Positions 51,263 to 61,196 of a DNA stretch of 64,000 nucleotides are shown here, one piece after another (within the stretch, counting starts at the first letter, position 1; each line of letters starts with the position of its first letter). Source of the stretch: an uncultured Candidatus Peribacteria bacterium (GTDB taxonomy: Bacteria > Patescibacteriota > Gracilibacteria > BD1-5 > UBA2023); assembly GCA_964482035.1 (NCBI GenBank), contig CAYZVC010000004.1:19572-83571 (forward strand), in the 5' to 3' direction. The translations under genes were made by a program, and so were the position numbers. Under the pieces are notes generated by a model. It made no database searches, was not told the origin of the DNA, and saw nothing but the letters and a program-made list of their open reading frames with translations.

Positions 51263-51790
51263 ATGAGAATCATTACCTACACGGTCATCAGTTTTATTGC
51301 GGCCTTGAGCGCGTGGGGATTCCTCACGTCCTGGTTCTTTGCCGCAGTAATCACGACGACCTTCGCGTACCCGTACTTTTTCGATACGCTGGTTTCGACC
51401 GGCATCGACCCTTGGACGGCAAGGACGCTCTCCGCGCTCTTCGCCCTCGGAACGCTCTTCGCGCTCCGGGAATGGGGACGAGGATCGAAAGCGAGGGCCG
51501 CCGTAATCGGCACCTTGCTGTTCGTCGCGATATTCGGCATAGCGAGATTCCAAACCGACGGATTCAACTTCGATCCGAAAACCGGAAAGAATCTCGTGAA
51601 CGTCGTACGTACTCCGGATGGTGGAAAAACGGTTCCCAAGCATTGGGCATACGATCCCGCCTCCGGAAACAAAACCGAAGCCGCCACGCCTGAAAACGTA
51701 CGGCACATCGGAAAACCCAACGGTTCCGAATCCGGAGACGGACAAGAACTTCGTCAATTGCAACGAATCCTGCGTTCGCAAAACCCCTGA
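51263..51790 (+). CDS. 175-aa membrane protein (about 4 TM plus a soluble tail), apparent TGA stop
   Basis: AAGGAG 8 nt before the ATG; intact in the ORF track; TGA 51788-51790 lies 10 nt before the next SD. Confidence 0.55.
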   Translation: MRIITYTVISFIAALSAWGFLTSWFFAAVITTTFAYPYFFDTLVSTGIDPWTARTLSALFALGTLFALREWGRGSKARAAVIGTLLFVAIFGIARFQTDGFNFDPKTGKNLVNVVRTPDGGKTVPKHWAYDPASGNKTEAATPENVRHIGKPNGSESGDGQELRQLQRILRSQNP

Positions 51791-51809
51791 ACTTCCATCG
51801 GAGGCAATC

Positions 51810-51959
51810 ATGCAATACCAAACCAATACCAAAAAGAAGGCGGCCATTCTGGTCATCTTCGGCCTTATGCTTACCGCATTCGGCATCCTGCTGGGAAAGA
51901 AACCCGAAGCGATCGACGCCATCAAGGCAAAAATCGCGGAACGTTTTCCTTCCAAGTAA
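51810..51959 (+). CDS. 49-aa single-TM micro-protein
   Basis: GGAGG 5 nt before the ATG; MQYQTNTKKKAAILVIFGLMLTAFGILLGKK...; TAA stop. Confidence 0.5.
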   Translation: MQYQTNTKKKAAILVIFGLMLTAFGILLGKKPEAIDAIKAKIAERFPSK

Positions 51960-52019
51960 TCCCCAATGGGCGGACGCCATCCATAACCGTCCGCCCGCTT
52001 TCCGTAAGAGGAGGCCGCC

Positions 52020-52127
52020 ATGCGGAAAACTCTCAAAGAAATCGCCCTCGAAGCTTTTATCGGAGGGATTACCAACGCCATTTACACCGGACTCCGGAGA
52101 TGGCTCATCAAATACGTAAAAGATTGA
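52020..52127 (+). CDS. 35-aa micro-protein, apparent TGA stop (or the N-terminus of the next gene if TGA=Gly)
   Basis: GGAGG 5 nt before the ATG; TGA 52125-52127 is in frame with ATG 52140. Confidence 0.4.
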   Translation: MRKTLKEIALEAFIGGITNAIYTGLRRWLIKYVKD

Positions 52128-52139
52128 AAGGAGTACGAA

Positions 52140-52661
52140 ATGTGGGGAAAAATCAAACCCGAATTGGCGGTTGCCATCATAATCATGGCCGTTGTCTTGG
52201 TGGGCTCCATGGTCGCCCGGAACGAGCCGCTCGTTCTCGCCGAATATTTCCCGCATTTCGCTCCGGAATCGGCAAAAACTCGACTGAAGCTCAAGAAGCT
52301 GGAAGAACTCGGAAATCAGATGCTGAAAGAATACGGCGATCTTGAAAAGGACCTCGAAATCCAGACGACGAAGCTTCAGTACCTTTTGGACGAAGTCGAA
52401 AGAAGGAATTCCGACAAAAGGAAAAAATCGGAAGTCGAGGAGGCGCGGGACTTCTACGAAAAACGCGCGATTGAGTCCTACAGGAAAACAATCCGAGAAA
52501 TACGGAAACGGATAGTCGCATTGAAATTGGCAAGCGCCGAGAAAGCGTTCATGGTGCGCGAACTCGAAGCCGAATTGAAAATGCAGACGATTCGAGAACG
52601 TAACGAAATCCTCGTACGGAAAATCGACGAAGCCGTTCCCAATACGGCTGCGAAAAAGTAG
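52140..52661 (+). CDS. 173-aa N-terminally anchored coiled-coil protein
   Basis: AAGGAG 6 nt before the ATG; TM helix ELAVAIIIMAVVLVGSMV, then K/E-rich heptads; TAG stop. Confidence 0.6.
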   Translation: MWGKIKPELAVAIIIMAVVLVGSMVARNEPLVLAEYFPHFAPESAKTRLKLKKLEELGNQMLKEYGDLEKDLEIQTTKLQYLLDEVERRNSDKRKKSEVEEARDFYEKRAIESYRKTIREIRKRIVALKLASAEKAFMVRELEAELKMQTIRERNEILVRKIDEAVPNTAAKK

Positions 52662-52728
52662 TAACGGCGACGGACTCGACGTGACGCGACCGGAAAATCC
52701 GGTTCACGACACGCGGACTCGACATACG

Positions 52729-52758
52729 AAATCCCCCCGGAATTCCGGGGGGATTTTT
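52729..52758. terminator. bidirectional intrinsic terminator
   Basis: Perfect palindrome ATCCCCCCGGAATTCCGGGGGGAT flanked by an A-run and a T-run. Confidence 0.75.
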
Positions 52759-52776
52759 AATGCGGGGTTTCTAATA

Positions 52777-53466
52777 CTAAGTTCCGCACTTCCCTACGAA
52801 CGCCCGGAAAATCGGCGCGTGAGATTCGAGACACTCCGGATGCCATTGAACCCCGTACACGGGAAGTTCGCGGTGTTGGATGGCTTCGACCGCGCCGTCT
52901 TCGGCGCTTTTGGCTATGATTTCCAACTCATCGCCCAATACGTCGATCGCCTGGTGGTGGATGGAATTGACCGGAATCCGGGATTCGTCGAAAGCTACCG
53001 AAAGGAATCCTCCGTCCCCGCAAATCACCACTTCGTGAATCTTTTCGTGCCGTTCGTCCGGGCGGAAATGGAACTCGCTATTGGAAAGGTTCTGGATGAG
53101 CGAACCCCCGAAATACACGTTGATGAGCTGCATGCCCTTGCAAATTCAGAGCACGGGCTTTTCGGCGGCGATGACGGCTTTCATGAACCGGAAAAGGAAC
53201 CCGTCATGTTTGGGAACGAACTCCACCGCTCCGCAAAGCTCGGCTCCGTAGAGCGCGGGGTAGATATCGGCCCCGCCGGGAAATACGAAACCGTCGAGAT
53301 CCTCGACGTACGTCGAAACCGCTTCGGCATTGCAGGGCACGATATAGGCGACTCATCCGGCCTTTTCGATGGCGGTAACGTACCGGAACGTTACGCGATT
53401 GGTTTCCCCATGGGTTTCCTGCCGGTAATCCGATAGGATTCCGACGCGCACTCTCTTTCTTTCCAT
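52777..53466 (-). CDS. class I glutamine amidotransferase / gamma-glutamyl-GABA hydrolase (PuuD, peptidase C26) family
   Basis: Pieces 52777-53133 and 53146-53340, plus upstream, are in frame; catalytic G-ICKGMQLINV with the G encoded by TGA 53146-53148; HHQAI and VQWHPE motifs. Confidence 0.85.
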
Positions 53467-53470
53467 TTCC

Positions 53471-54274
53471 CTACGGCTTCAGGATGCTATTGGTCTTCGA
53501 GTCGAGATATCCCGTTATCGTCGTCAGGTTCGCATTGGCGAAGAGGAGGTCGAACCCATGGACGTTCGCGTACGACTTTACCGTTTTCGCCCAAGACGCG
53601 TACGTGAAGGGGTTGCCGTAACTGAGGGCATAGAGCTTTTTTCCGAAATTCTTTTTCAGATCGGCGTATTCGGCCATCTGCGCGACGTACCACTGTCCGT
53701 CGGAACTCGACGCTACGGTGCCACGATTCCAAAAATTCTCGAACATGAAGGCGTCGACGTCGTCCATTATCCGGTATTTGATGTCGTGGGCGTTGTTCAC
53801 GACGATGAACGCCGTCTTCCAATTCGACCGCAACGTCTTCATGAGCGCCACTGCCTGGTTTTCGTACCCGCTTTGCCAAACGGTATCGAGAAACAGTCCG
53901 GTGCAGCCTTTGGATTTGAGGGAAGCCTCCTGTTTTACGAGATATCCGGTCCACGAAGCGGCGCCCATGTCCATCACGTAGCTGTTCCAATCGGGATTGA
54001 ACCCCACCACTGCGCCGGAAAGGCCGAGCGAACCGAGTTCCGCGGATGAACCGTCGAACTCGCCTACCGAAAGGTAACAGATTTTCGGACCCGAATATTT
54101 GGCGTAGAGCGGCAAGTTGTACGGCTGGACGATGACCGGGGAAAGCTTGAAGGTCTTGTTCGCGTACGTTTGGCTGGTACCGTAATAAATGCCGTAGTCG
54201 GCATACGCGGGCGACGCGGCGATAAGCGCGAAGAACGCCGCGAAGACAAAAAATATGCGATTGGAGGATTTCAT
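53471..54274 (-). CDS. secreted TIM-barrel putative glycoside hydrolase (GH114 / TM1410-like by recollection)
   Basis: Signal peptide; ICYLSVGEFDG...GLFLDTVW pattern. Confidence 0.55.
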   Translation of the reverse strand: MKSSNRIFFVFAAFFALIAASPAYADYGIYYGTSQTYANKTFKLSPVIVQPYNLPLYAKYSGPKICYLSVGEFDGSSAELGSLGLSGAVVGFNPDWNSYVMDMGAASWTGYLVKQEASLKSKGCTGLFLDTVWQSGYENQAVALMKTLRSNWKTAFIVVNNAHDIKYRIMDDVDAFMFENFWNRGTVASSSDGQWYVAQMAEYADLKKNFGKKLYALSYGNPFTYASWAKTVKSYANVHGFDLLFANANLTTITGYLDSKTNSILKP

Positions 54275-54346
54275 GGCGGGCCGTTACGGAAACGGTGGGG
54301 ATGGTACGCGTATTCCGTCGGTCTTCAAATGAATTCCCTTTAAAAA

Positions 54347-54370
54347 AATCCCCCGAAAACCGGGGGATTT
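54347..54370. terminator. bidirectional intrinsic terminator
   Basis: AAATCCCCCG-AAAAC-CGGGGGATTT. Confidence 0.7.
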
Positions 54371-55513
54371 TTAAGCGGACCAATCGGATTCCAGAATGGA
54401 ATCGACCACCGACGGTTCGCCGGTTTTCCTGTGGCGCTTTTTCGGACGGTAAACTCCACGGCGCGCGGCTTCGATTTCTTCTTGCCGCTCGATGTCGCTG
54501 AAATCGAATTCCTTTTCGATGCGGCGGATTTTCCGAAGCAGCACGCTGCCTTTGATCTTGGTGAGTTCGGCTTGGATTCGACGGTTTTCGAGAAACACGT
54601 CTTTCCAGAGGGCGAAACCCGCTTCCAGACATTTTTCCGCCGTGCGGCCGTACGGTTTGGTAGAGAAATCGGTTCGGAACGCGGTAACAGATTTGCCTCC
54701 GTTCCTCCGCATGAGGCCGGAGAATTTCTGACGCCACCGGTCGTAATCCCGGTCGAACGAAGCCTTCGCGGAGCGGAGGATTTCAGGATCTTCCGAATCC
54801 CTATGCTCGTCCGAAGGAGTGAGAAGTCGAATGGCCTTGAGCCGGAACTTCGTCTTGGGAGAGCGTACCGCGGAGGAAACGTAGGAATGCTTGTGGTCGT
54901 TCCATTGCCCTTCCCGGTCGAAAAATACGCCGAGGGTTTCCGAAAGGTAAAGAAGGAAAGTTCCGATGTCGGCAAGTTCCGATTCCGGAGTGCCTACCGA
55001 AATCCTGCCCGATAGGTCGAGTATCGTCTTCACGTGGTACGCGGGAAAATCCGCGTCTTCCGAGAGGATTCCGAAAATTTCGGATTTAAGGGCGTCGAAC
55101 TGAGCGCGACGGACGGTATCGACGGCGGATCGGATCTTTGGCGGTTCTTCGGCTTCGGGCGGAAGTTCGGAAGGAACGCCGAGCTCCGTGACGGTTTCCC
55201 TATCGGACGGAGCCGGAAGGACGTGCGAACTTTGGGGAACGGACGTATCCACCGATTCTCCGAAAGGCACCGCGATAATCCGGTCGACTTCGTCGGATAC
55301 GGCATCGGAGAGGACGTCCGGAACGGCGGAAGATTCCCTTTCGGCCCTAGCCGCGTCCATGGCCGCCTGGATTTCTTCGAGTTCCGCGCGCACTTCCGGC
55401 AAAAGCTCCGGAAATTCGGGAATATGGGAAAACCTCGTGACCACCGGGGATTCTTCCCGGTGATCGGACATGATGCCGTCGAGACCGGAAAAATCCGAGA
55501 CTGCGGAAATCAT
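54371..55513 (-). CDS. hypothetical protein (380 aa; possibly 30 codons longer, from ATG 55603)
   Basis: Intact ORF; acidic N-terminal half and basic C-terminal half; the upstream in-frame extension contains 2 TGAs. Confidence 0.6.
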   Translation of the reverse strand: MISAVSDFSGLDGIMSDHREESPVVTRFSHIPEFPELLPEVRAELEEIQAAMDAARAERESSAVPDVLSDAVSDEVDRIIAVPFGESVDTSVPQSSHVLPAPSDRETVTELGVPSELPPEAEEPPKIRSAVDTVRRAQFDALKSEIFGILSEDADFPAYHVKTILDLSGRISVGTPESELADIGTFLLYLSETLGVFFDREGQWNDHKHSYVSSAVRSPKTKFRLKAIRLLTPSDEHRDSEDPEILRSAKASFDRDYDRWRQKFSGLMRRNGGKSVTAFRTDFSTKPYGRTAEKCLEAGFALWKDVFLENRRIQAELTKIKGSVLLRKIRRIEKEFDFSDIERQEEIEAARRGVYRPKKRHRKTGEPSVVDSILESDWSA

Positions 55514-55736
55514 GAGTTCGTCGAGCCCAGAAGCGTCGTTTCAGTCCCCCGTTTCTTCTTTACGGGGAGCGGAGTACGGTCATGTCGGAAGATTCGTCGT
55601 CATAAGGGTCGCGCGGAGTTTCGAACTTGGCAATCCTAATGCGATTGCGAAAAAGTCAATTCCCTTCCATTTTATCACGTTTTCGAGTTCCGCGCATCTT
55701 TTCGCTTGCCGGATTTCGAAATTCGGCTAGGCTTTG

Positions 55737-55860
55737 CCGCACATCAAGAGATGACGCGAGGGAAACAGGCCCGTTCGAGCGTCGCAGCAACCAACTACAA
55801 GTCCGAAAGGATTGGAAAACCGGTGCTACTTCCTGCCCCTTCGAGGGGAGAGATGCGATA
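55737..55860 (+). promoter_or_regulatory. SAM-I (S-box) riboswitch
   Basis: ATCAAGAGATGACGCGAGGGAAACAGGCCCGTTCGAGCGTCGCAGCAACC...GGTGCTACTTCCTGC...GAGAGATG matches the S-box core (AGAG..GAGGGA..GGCCC..GCAACC..GGUGCUA..UCC.GC..AGAUG); directly upstream of metK. Confidence 0.8.
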
Positions 55861-55885
55861 GATGCCCCTTTCAGGTAACGATCCC

Positions 55886-55920
55886 AAACCCTCTTCTCGC
55901 AAGGAAGAGGGTTTTATTTC
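55886..55920 (+). terminator. riboswitch expression-platform terminator
   Basis: CCCTCTTC-TCGCAAG-GAAGAGGG followed by TTTTATTT. Confidence 0.75.
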
Positions 55921-55955
55921 GCCGCGCCACCGGGGCGCGACCACCTATCCACACC

Positions 55956-57110
55956 ATGTCCAAAGAATTCCTTTTCACCTCCGAATCCGTTTCCGAAGGC
56001 CACCCCGACAAGGTCGCCGACCAGGTTTCGGACGCCATTCTCGACGCCATCCTCACCCAAGACCCGTACGCCCGCGTAGGCGCCGAAACCCTCGTCAACA
56101 CGGGGCTTTGCGTCCTCGCCGGAGAGATTACCACCACCGCGAACGTCGACTACATCCAAATCGCCCGTAAGAAGATCGTGGAAATCGGCTACGATTCCTC
56201 CGAACTCTGCTACGACGGCAATACCCTCGCCGTCATGGTCTGCTACGACAAACAGTCCCCCGACATCGCCCAGGGCGTCAACGAAGGCCAGGGCATCGAC
56301 CTCGACCAGGGCGCCGGGGACCAGGGCCTCATGTTCGGGTTCGCCTGCGACGAAACCCCCGACCTCATGCCCGCGCCCATCTGGTACTCGCACCGTCTCG
56401 TAGAGCGCCAGTCGCAAGTGCGCAAAGACAAGACCCTTCCGTGGCTCCGTCCCGACGCCAAATCGCAGGTCACGTTCAAATACGTGGACGGCGTGCCGAC
56501 CGAAATCGACACCGTCGTGCTTTCCACCCAGCACCACCCGGACGTCAGCCACAAGCAAATCGAGGAAGCGATTATCGAAACCGTCATCAAGCCCGTAATC
56601 CCGGAAAACCTCCGCAAAAACGCCAAATACCTCGTCAATCCTACCGGACGCTTCGTCATCGGCGGCCCTATGGGCGACGCCGGACTTACCGGACGCAAAA
56701 TCATCGTCGACAGCTACGGCGGATCCGCTCCGCACGGAGGCGGTGCGTATTCCGGAAAAGACCCGTCCAAGGTCGACCGTTCCGCTGCTTACGCGGGCCG
56801 CTACGTCGCGAAAAACATCGTCGCGGCGGGTCTCGCGAAACGCTGCACCATCCAAGTCGCCTACGCCATCGGCGTAGCGAAACCGGTTTCGGTCTCCGTC
56901 GACACCGCCGGCACGGGAATCATCCCGGATTCGGCAATCGAAAAGCTCGTTCTCGAACATTTCGACCTGCGTCCGAAAGGGATCGTCCAAATGCTCGACC
57001 TTTTGAAGCCCCGATACGCGAAAACCGCCGCATACGGCCATTTCGGTCGCAACGACGCCCTGTTCACATGGGAGAAAACGGACAAGGCGGACGTTTTGAA
57101 AAACCGCTAA
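55956..57110 (+). CDS. metK: S-adenosylmethionine synthetase
   Basis: [31 protein letters not shown]..., [24 protein letters not shown]; ATG 55956 inside ORF 55812-57110. Confidence 0.95.
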   Translation: MSKEFLFTSESVSEGHPDKVADQVSDAILDAILTQDPYARVGAETLVNTGLCVLAGEITTTANVDYIQIARKKIVEIGYDSSELCYDGNTLAVMVCYDKQSPDIAQGVNEGQGIDLDQGAGDQGLMFGFACDETPDLMPAPIWYSHRLVERQSQVRKDKTLPWLRPDAKSQVTFKYVDGVPTEIDTVVLSTQHHPDVSHKQIEEAIIETVIKPVIPENLRKNAKYLVNPTGRFVIGGPMGDAGLTGRKIIVDSYGGSAPHGGGAYSGKDPSKVDRSAAYAGRYVAKNIVAAGLAKRCTIQVAYAIGVAKPVSVSVDTAGTGIIPDSAIEKLVLEHFDLRPKGIVQMLDLLKPRYAKTAAYGHFGRNDALFTWEKTDKADVLKNR

Positions 57111-57124
57111 TCCGAAACGTATCG

Positions 57125-57168
57125 AAAACGGGGTCCCGGCATTTCCGGAGGCCCCGTTTCGTTTTTTC
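57125..57168 (+). terminator. intrinsic terminator
   Basis: AAACGGGG...CCCCGTTT stem followed by a T-run. Confidence 0.7.
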
Positions 57169-57254
57169 CACCCTGTCCCCAAGCCTTACGCTTGACTTCC
57201 CCGCTCTCGCAAGTAGTAAAGACAGCGTATTTACGATTTTGAAAGAATCCCGCC

Positions 57255-59411
57255 ATGTCCCAATTTTTTCTCGCTACCCTTTCGTTCGTCAGCCTCCTCG
57301 TCATCGCGGCGGGGGTTTCGTACTGGGCCAAGCGCGTGAAAATTCCGGCTACGGTCGCCCTCGTCGCCGTGGGAATGCTCATCGCGATCGCGGCGAAGTT
57401 CGGATTCGCGGAGTTCTTAGACGATTTCGAACTCACTCCCGACATCCTCTTTTACGTATTCCTCCCCATCCTCCTTTTCGAATCGGCGTACAACGTCCGA
57501 TATAAGGAACTGCTTCGGAATATCCGCTCGGTCACGCTCCTTTCGGTCGTCTCGCTCGTCATTTCGGCGTTTTTCGTAGGCTTCGCGCTCCGGTACGGCC
57601 TCCTTCTTTTCGGCATCGACGTCCCGTTCGAGGTTACGCTCCTCTTCGGCGCGCTCATCTCTTCCACCGACACTGCCGCGGTCCTCGCGGTATTCAAAGA
57701 ACTCGGGGTTCCGCGCCGGCTCAACCTCATCTTCGAAGGCGAAAGCCTCTTTAACGACGGCACGGCCATCGCGCTCTTCCTCATCGTTCTCGGCGTGGTG
57801 GAATCGCATGCCTCTTCAGGCGTTCCGAAAGCCGAACACCTCAGCCTTTTTGAAAAATTCTTCGACCGCATAGGCGGACATTTCTGAAATTTCCAAGTGG
57901 TCGCCGAAGGGCTCGCGACGTTCGGATCGATGATCGGGTTCGGCATCCTTTTGGGCGCCATCGTCGGAACGGGATTTTCGAAAGTCATCCAGAAAATCCG
58001 CAACGAGAAACATCTCGAAATCACCCTTTCGCTCGCTCTCGCACACGCCACGTTCCTTCTCGCGGAAGCGGTCAACCACTACGTATTGCCGGTATCCGGC
58101 ATCGTCGCCACGGTCGCGGCGGCAATGGTGCTCGGCAACTACGGGCGCTATAAAATCAGCCCGAAGGTCGAAGAAGTCATGGAAAAATACTGGAGCTTCT
58201 TCGCGTTCGTCACCAACGGCCTCGTATTCGTGCTCGTCGGCATGATGCTCGTGAACCTCAATGCCGACTGGAAGCCCCTGCTCCTCCCCATCCTGCTCGC
58301 CGTCCCGACGGTCATCCTCGCCCGCGCGACGAGCGTGTACCCGATGTTTTTCGTACTGAACTTCTCGAGAACCGAGGAACGGGTGCCGAAATCGTGGCAG
58401 CACGTCCTCTCGTGGGGAGCGCTCCGCGGGGGTTTGGCCGTCATGATGGTACTGCTCGTGCCCGAGAGCCTCACTCTCCCCCATTGGTCGGTCGAAGGGG
58501 TTTCGGTACGCGATTTCCTCCTTTCGCTCACGCTCGGCTGCGTAGTGTTCAGCGTCTTCGTAAAAACGCTCACCATCGGTCCGCTCATCCGCCGGTTCAA
58601 GATTGACAAGCTCCATGAAATCGAAGAATTCGAATACGCCGAAGGCCGCATCCTCATGGCTTCCGCCGCACTCGAAAAGATTAAGAAGGTCCGAAAGGAC
58701 GGATACGTCGACTCGGTAGAAGAACGCCTGCTTACCGCGAAATATTCCAAAATCCTCGAAGAAGCGCGGCAAGACGCCCGCAACCTCATGGAGAGGAAAG
58801 GCGACGAATTCGGCAACCTGGTTCGCCGGGTCGCGGCGCTCCACGCGCTCGGAATCGAAAAATACTGGCTCAAACACCTCTACAAGTACAACGAAATCCC
58901 GGAACCGGTCTTCAAGAAGATCATGAAGAGGGTCGCGCTCCAGATCCGCCGCGTCGAAAAGGGCGAATCGCAAATCGATCGCGTACGCTTGAAAAAACCG
59001 AAAACCGACGTCTTCGAACGTATTTCGGAATACTTCGTCGACCGTCTCGAACCCAAAATCGACCCGGTAAAAGAAAAATACCTCGAGCTCCGCACTATCC
59101 ATATCGTCATCGAAAAAGCGTTGGAGGGGCTCGTGGAACTCGGGAAAGTGGACTTCGTGGGCAATCGTGAGGAATTCCGCGAGGTCGTGGAACTCTACGA
59201 AGGGTTCCGTTCGAACGCGGAAAAAATCCGGAGGGCCCTGTTCAAGGAGCATAAGGACGAACTCCGCCGACTCAGCGCGAAACTCACTGAAAAATCGCTC
59301 ATCCAAGTAGAAGAGGAAATTCTCGAAGACCTTTCCGCGAAAGAAATCGTCTCCCCCAAGCTCGCGCTGCGGTTCGAAAAGGAACTCTCCCGGCGCCTGC
59401 ACGGAAAATAA
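57255..59411 (+). CDS. Na+/H+ (cation:proton) antiporter, CPA1/NhaP type, with a long cytoplasmic C-terminal domain
   Basis: Pieces 57255-57887 and 57897-59411 are in frame and joined by TGA 57885-57887; FLPILLFESA and GESLFNDGTAIALF motifs. Confidence 0.9.
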
Positions 59412-59422
59412 CCTGAGGGATG

Positions 59423-59460
59423 AAGCCCCGGCCCGAAAGAACGCCGGGGCTTTACTTTTT
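59423..59460 (+). terminator. intrinsic terminator
   Basis: AAGCCCCGGC / GCCGGGGCTT stem followed by a T-run. Confidence 0.7.
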
Positions 59461-59512
59461 CCCATTCGTCATTACGGTACGTCCGTCAAAAACACAAACG
59501 AAAGGGGATGGA

Positions 59513-60406
59513 ATGTCCTACTCAACCAAAAAATGGCTTTTCGCCGCGCTCGTCGCGATTGTCATGACCGCATTCGACGCGAAGGCCGACTATAAGGAAC
59601 TCTGGTCCCTCGGGGCGATCGATCCCGATTACGTCGCCGCGAAAAAATGCGGACCCGACGCCTTCGTGGTCATATCGTGGAACGTCGCGAATTTCGGCGG
59701 GAACGAACCGGCGGAACGGATCGAATCGTTGGCGAAAATCCTCCGATATTCCGAACTCGCGTTCGTACTCGAAGTCTCCGGAAGCTTCCAAGGTCCCAAG
59801 GCCGCGGCCATGCTCCAAGAAGAACTCATGCGCAAAGGGGCGAGATGGCGTATCGCCGTTTCCGATGCGACGACTGCGGAACCCGCCGGAAAAAACACTT
59901 CCGAACGGATGGTCGCGTATTGGAAGCAGCACGCCGTTTCCATGGGCGCGCTGAATTCGGGGCTCGTATCCGAACTCGCTCCCACGGTAGCGCGCGAACC
60001 CTACCGTATCGAAGCTACTACTTCTAAGCTCGGCAAGGTCGAATTCTATTCGTTCCACGCCAGGCCGGAAGGCTCCGGAGCGACGGAAGAAGCGGCCTTG
60101 GTCGCGGCCCATCTCGGCTCGAAGCGCGCTTCTTCCGAAATCGGGACCGTCGTACTGGGTGACTTCAACCTCTCCAAAACCCAACTCGACAAAGCCTTCG
60201 TTCCGCGCGGTTTCCAAGCGGGCGTATCTGGCGCGACGAGCCTGCGCAAAAACGGCGACGGCGTTTCCCGGAAACGCGACAACGCGTATTTCCGCAACGT
60301 TTCGGTCTGCGAAGCCGGACGAATCCGTACCGACAAAATCTTCGGCACGAATTCCGTCAACGTCAGCGACCACGTTCCCATCTATCTCGCCATCCAGGCG
60401 AACTGA
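59513..60406 (+). CDS. secreted endonuclease/exonuclease/phosphatase (DNase I-like) family protein, apparent TGA stop
   Basis: Signal peptide; ISWNVANFG and GDFN motifs, and SDHVPIYLAIQAN at the very C-terminus; TGA 60404-60406 followed by a terminator. Confidence 0.75.
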   Translation: MSYSTKKWLFAALVAIVMTAFDAKADYKELWSLGAIDPDYVAAKKCGPDAFVVISWNVANFGGNEPAERIESLAKILRYSELAFVLEVSGSFQGPKAAAMLQEELMRKGARWRIAVSDATTAEPAGKNTSERMVAYWKQHAVSMGALNSGLVSELAPTVAREPYRIEATTSKLGKVEFYSFHARPEGSGATEEAALVAAHLGSKRASSEIGTVVLGDFNLSKTQLDKAFVPRGFQAGVSGATSLRKNGDGVSRKRDNAYFRNVSVCEAGRIRTDKIFGTNSVNVSDHVPIYLAIQAN

Positions 60407-60410
60407 CCCA

Positions 60411-60438
60411 CGCCCCCGCTTCGAGCGGGGGTTTTCTT
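60411..60438 (+). terminator. intrinsic terminator
   Basis: CCCCCGC-TTCGA-GCGGGGG followed by TTTTCTT. Confidence 0.8.
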
Positions 60439-60485
60439 ATGGCGGAAAACGGATATCATACCGCCTTCCGTTACCCATTTTCCAA

Positions 60486-61106
60486 ATGTCATTCCTTTCC
60501 CAACTGAACTGGCGCTACGCTACCAAGAAATTCGACGCCAAGAAACGCGTGTCCGAAAACGATCTCGACGCGGTGCTCGAAGCCGTCCGCATGACTCCCA
60601 CTTCGTTCGGTCTCGAATCGTACAAGGTCGTCGTCGTTTCCGACCAGAAGACCAAGGACGCCCTCCGCGAAGCCTCTTTCGGCCAAGAATCGGTTTCTAC
60701 CGCCTCCCACGTCATCGTGCTTTGCGCCCGCAAAGACCTCTTTCGGGTGAAGAACGAAAAATTCGCTCGGTTGTCCGGAGGCGACGCCGAAAAACGGAAG
60801 GCCCTTTCGAAATTCGAATCGCTCGTGCGCATGGTGCTCGTTTTGAAGAACCTCACGTGCTCGGCGACTTCCTGGTCGGCCAAGCAGACCTACATCCACC
60901 TCGGCTTCGCGATGGCGGCTTGCGCGGAGCTTGGCATCGACTCATGCCCTCTCGAAGGGTTCCGTCCGGGAAAATATAAGAAAATCCTGTGACTCCCGGG
61001 CAATCTCCTCCCGACGCTCGTCCTCCCCATCGGCTACCGCGCCGCAGACGACGTCCAGCGTCCGAAAAGCCGGTCCCCGATGAAAGAAATCCTCATCCGC
61101 AAGTAA
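60486..61106 (+). CDS. NAD(P)H nitroreductase-family oxidoreductase
   Basis: LNWRYATKKFD, RMTPTSFGLESYKVVVV; continues through TGA 60990-60992 to ...LVLPIGYRA...TAA 61104-61106. Confidence 0.85.
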
Positions 61107-61196
61107 TGCCGCCAAACGAGCGCCCGAATTCCGGGCGCTTGTTTTCGCAAAAAAGCGTGCGACAATACGTGCGGTAATATCCTAACCTCCGTTACC

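Noticed and set aside
51107-52081. 324-aa minus-strand ORF under the micro-gene cluster
   Set aside because: It has no SD and no motifs and is Arg/Gly/Ser-rich. The plus strand carries five ORFs, each with a perfectly spaced SD.
52020-52661. Treating 52020-52127 and 52140-52661 as one gene joined by TGA=Gly
   Set aside because: This is not fully rejected, since the frames do match. However, a perfectly spaced AAGGAG in front of ATG 52140, together with the same SD-after-TGA pattern at two out-of-frame junctions upstream, favours separate genes. Both readings are reported.
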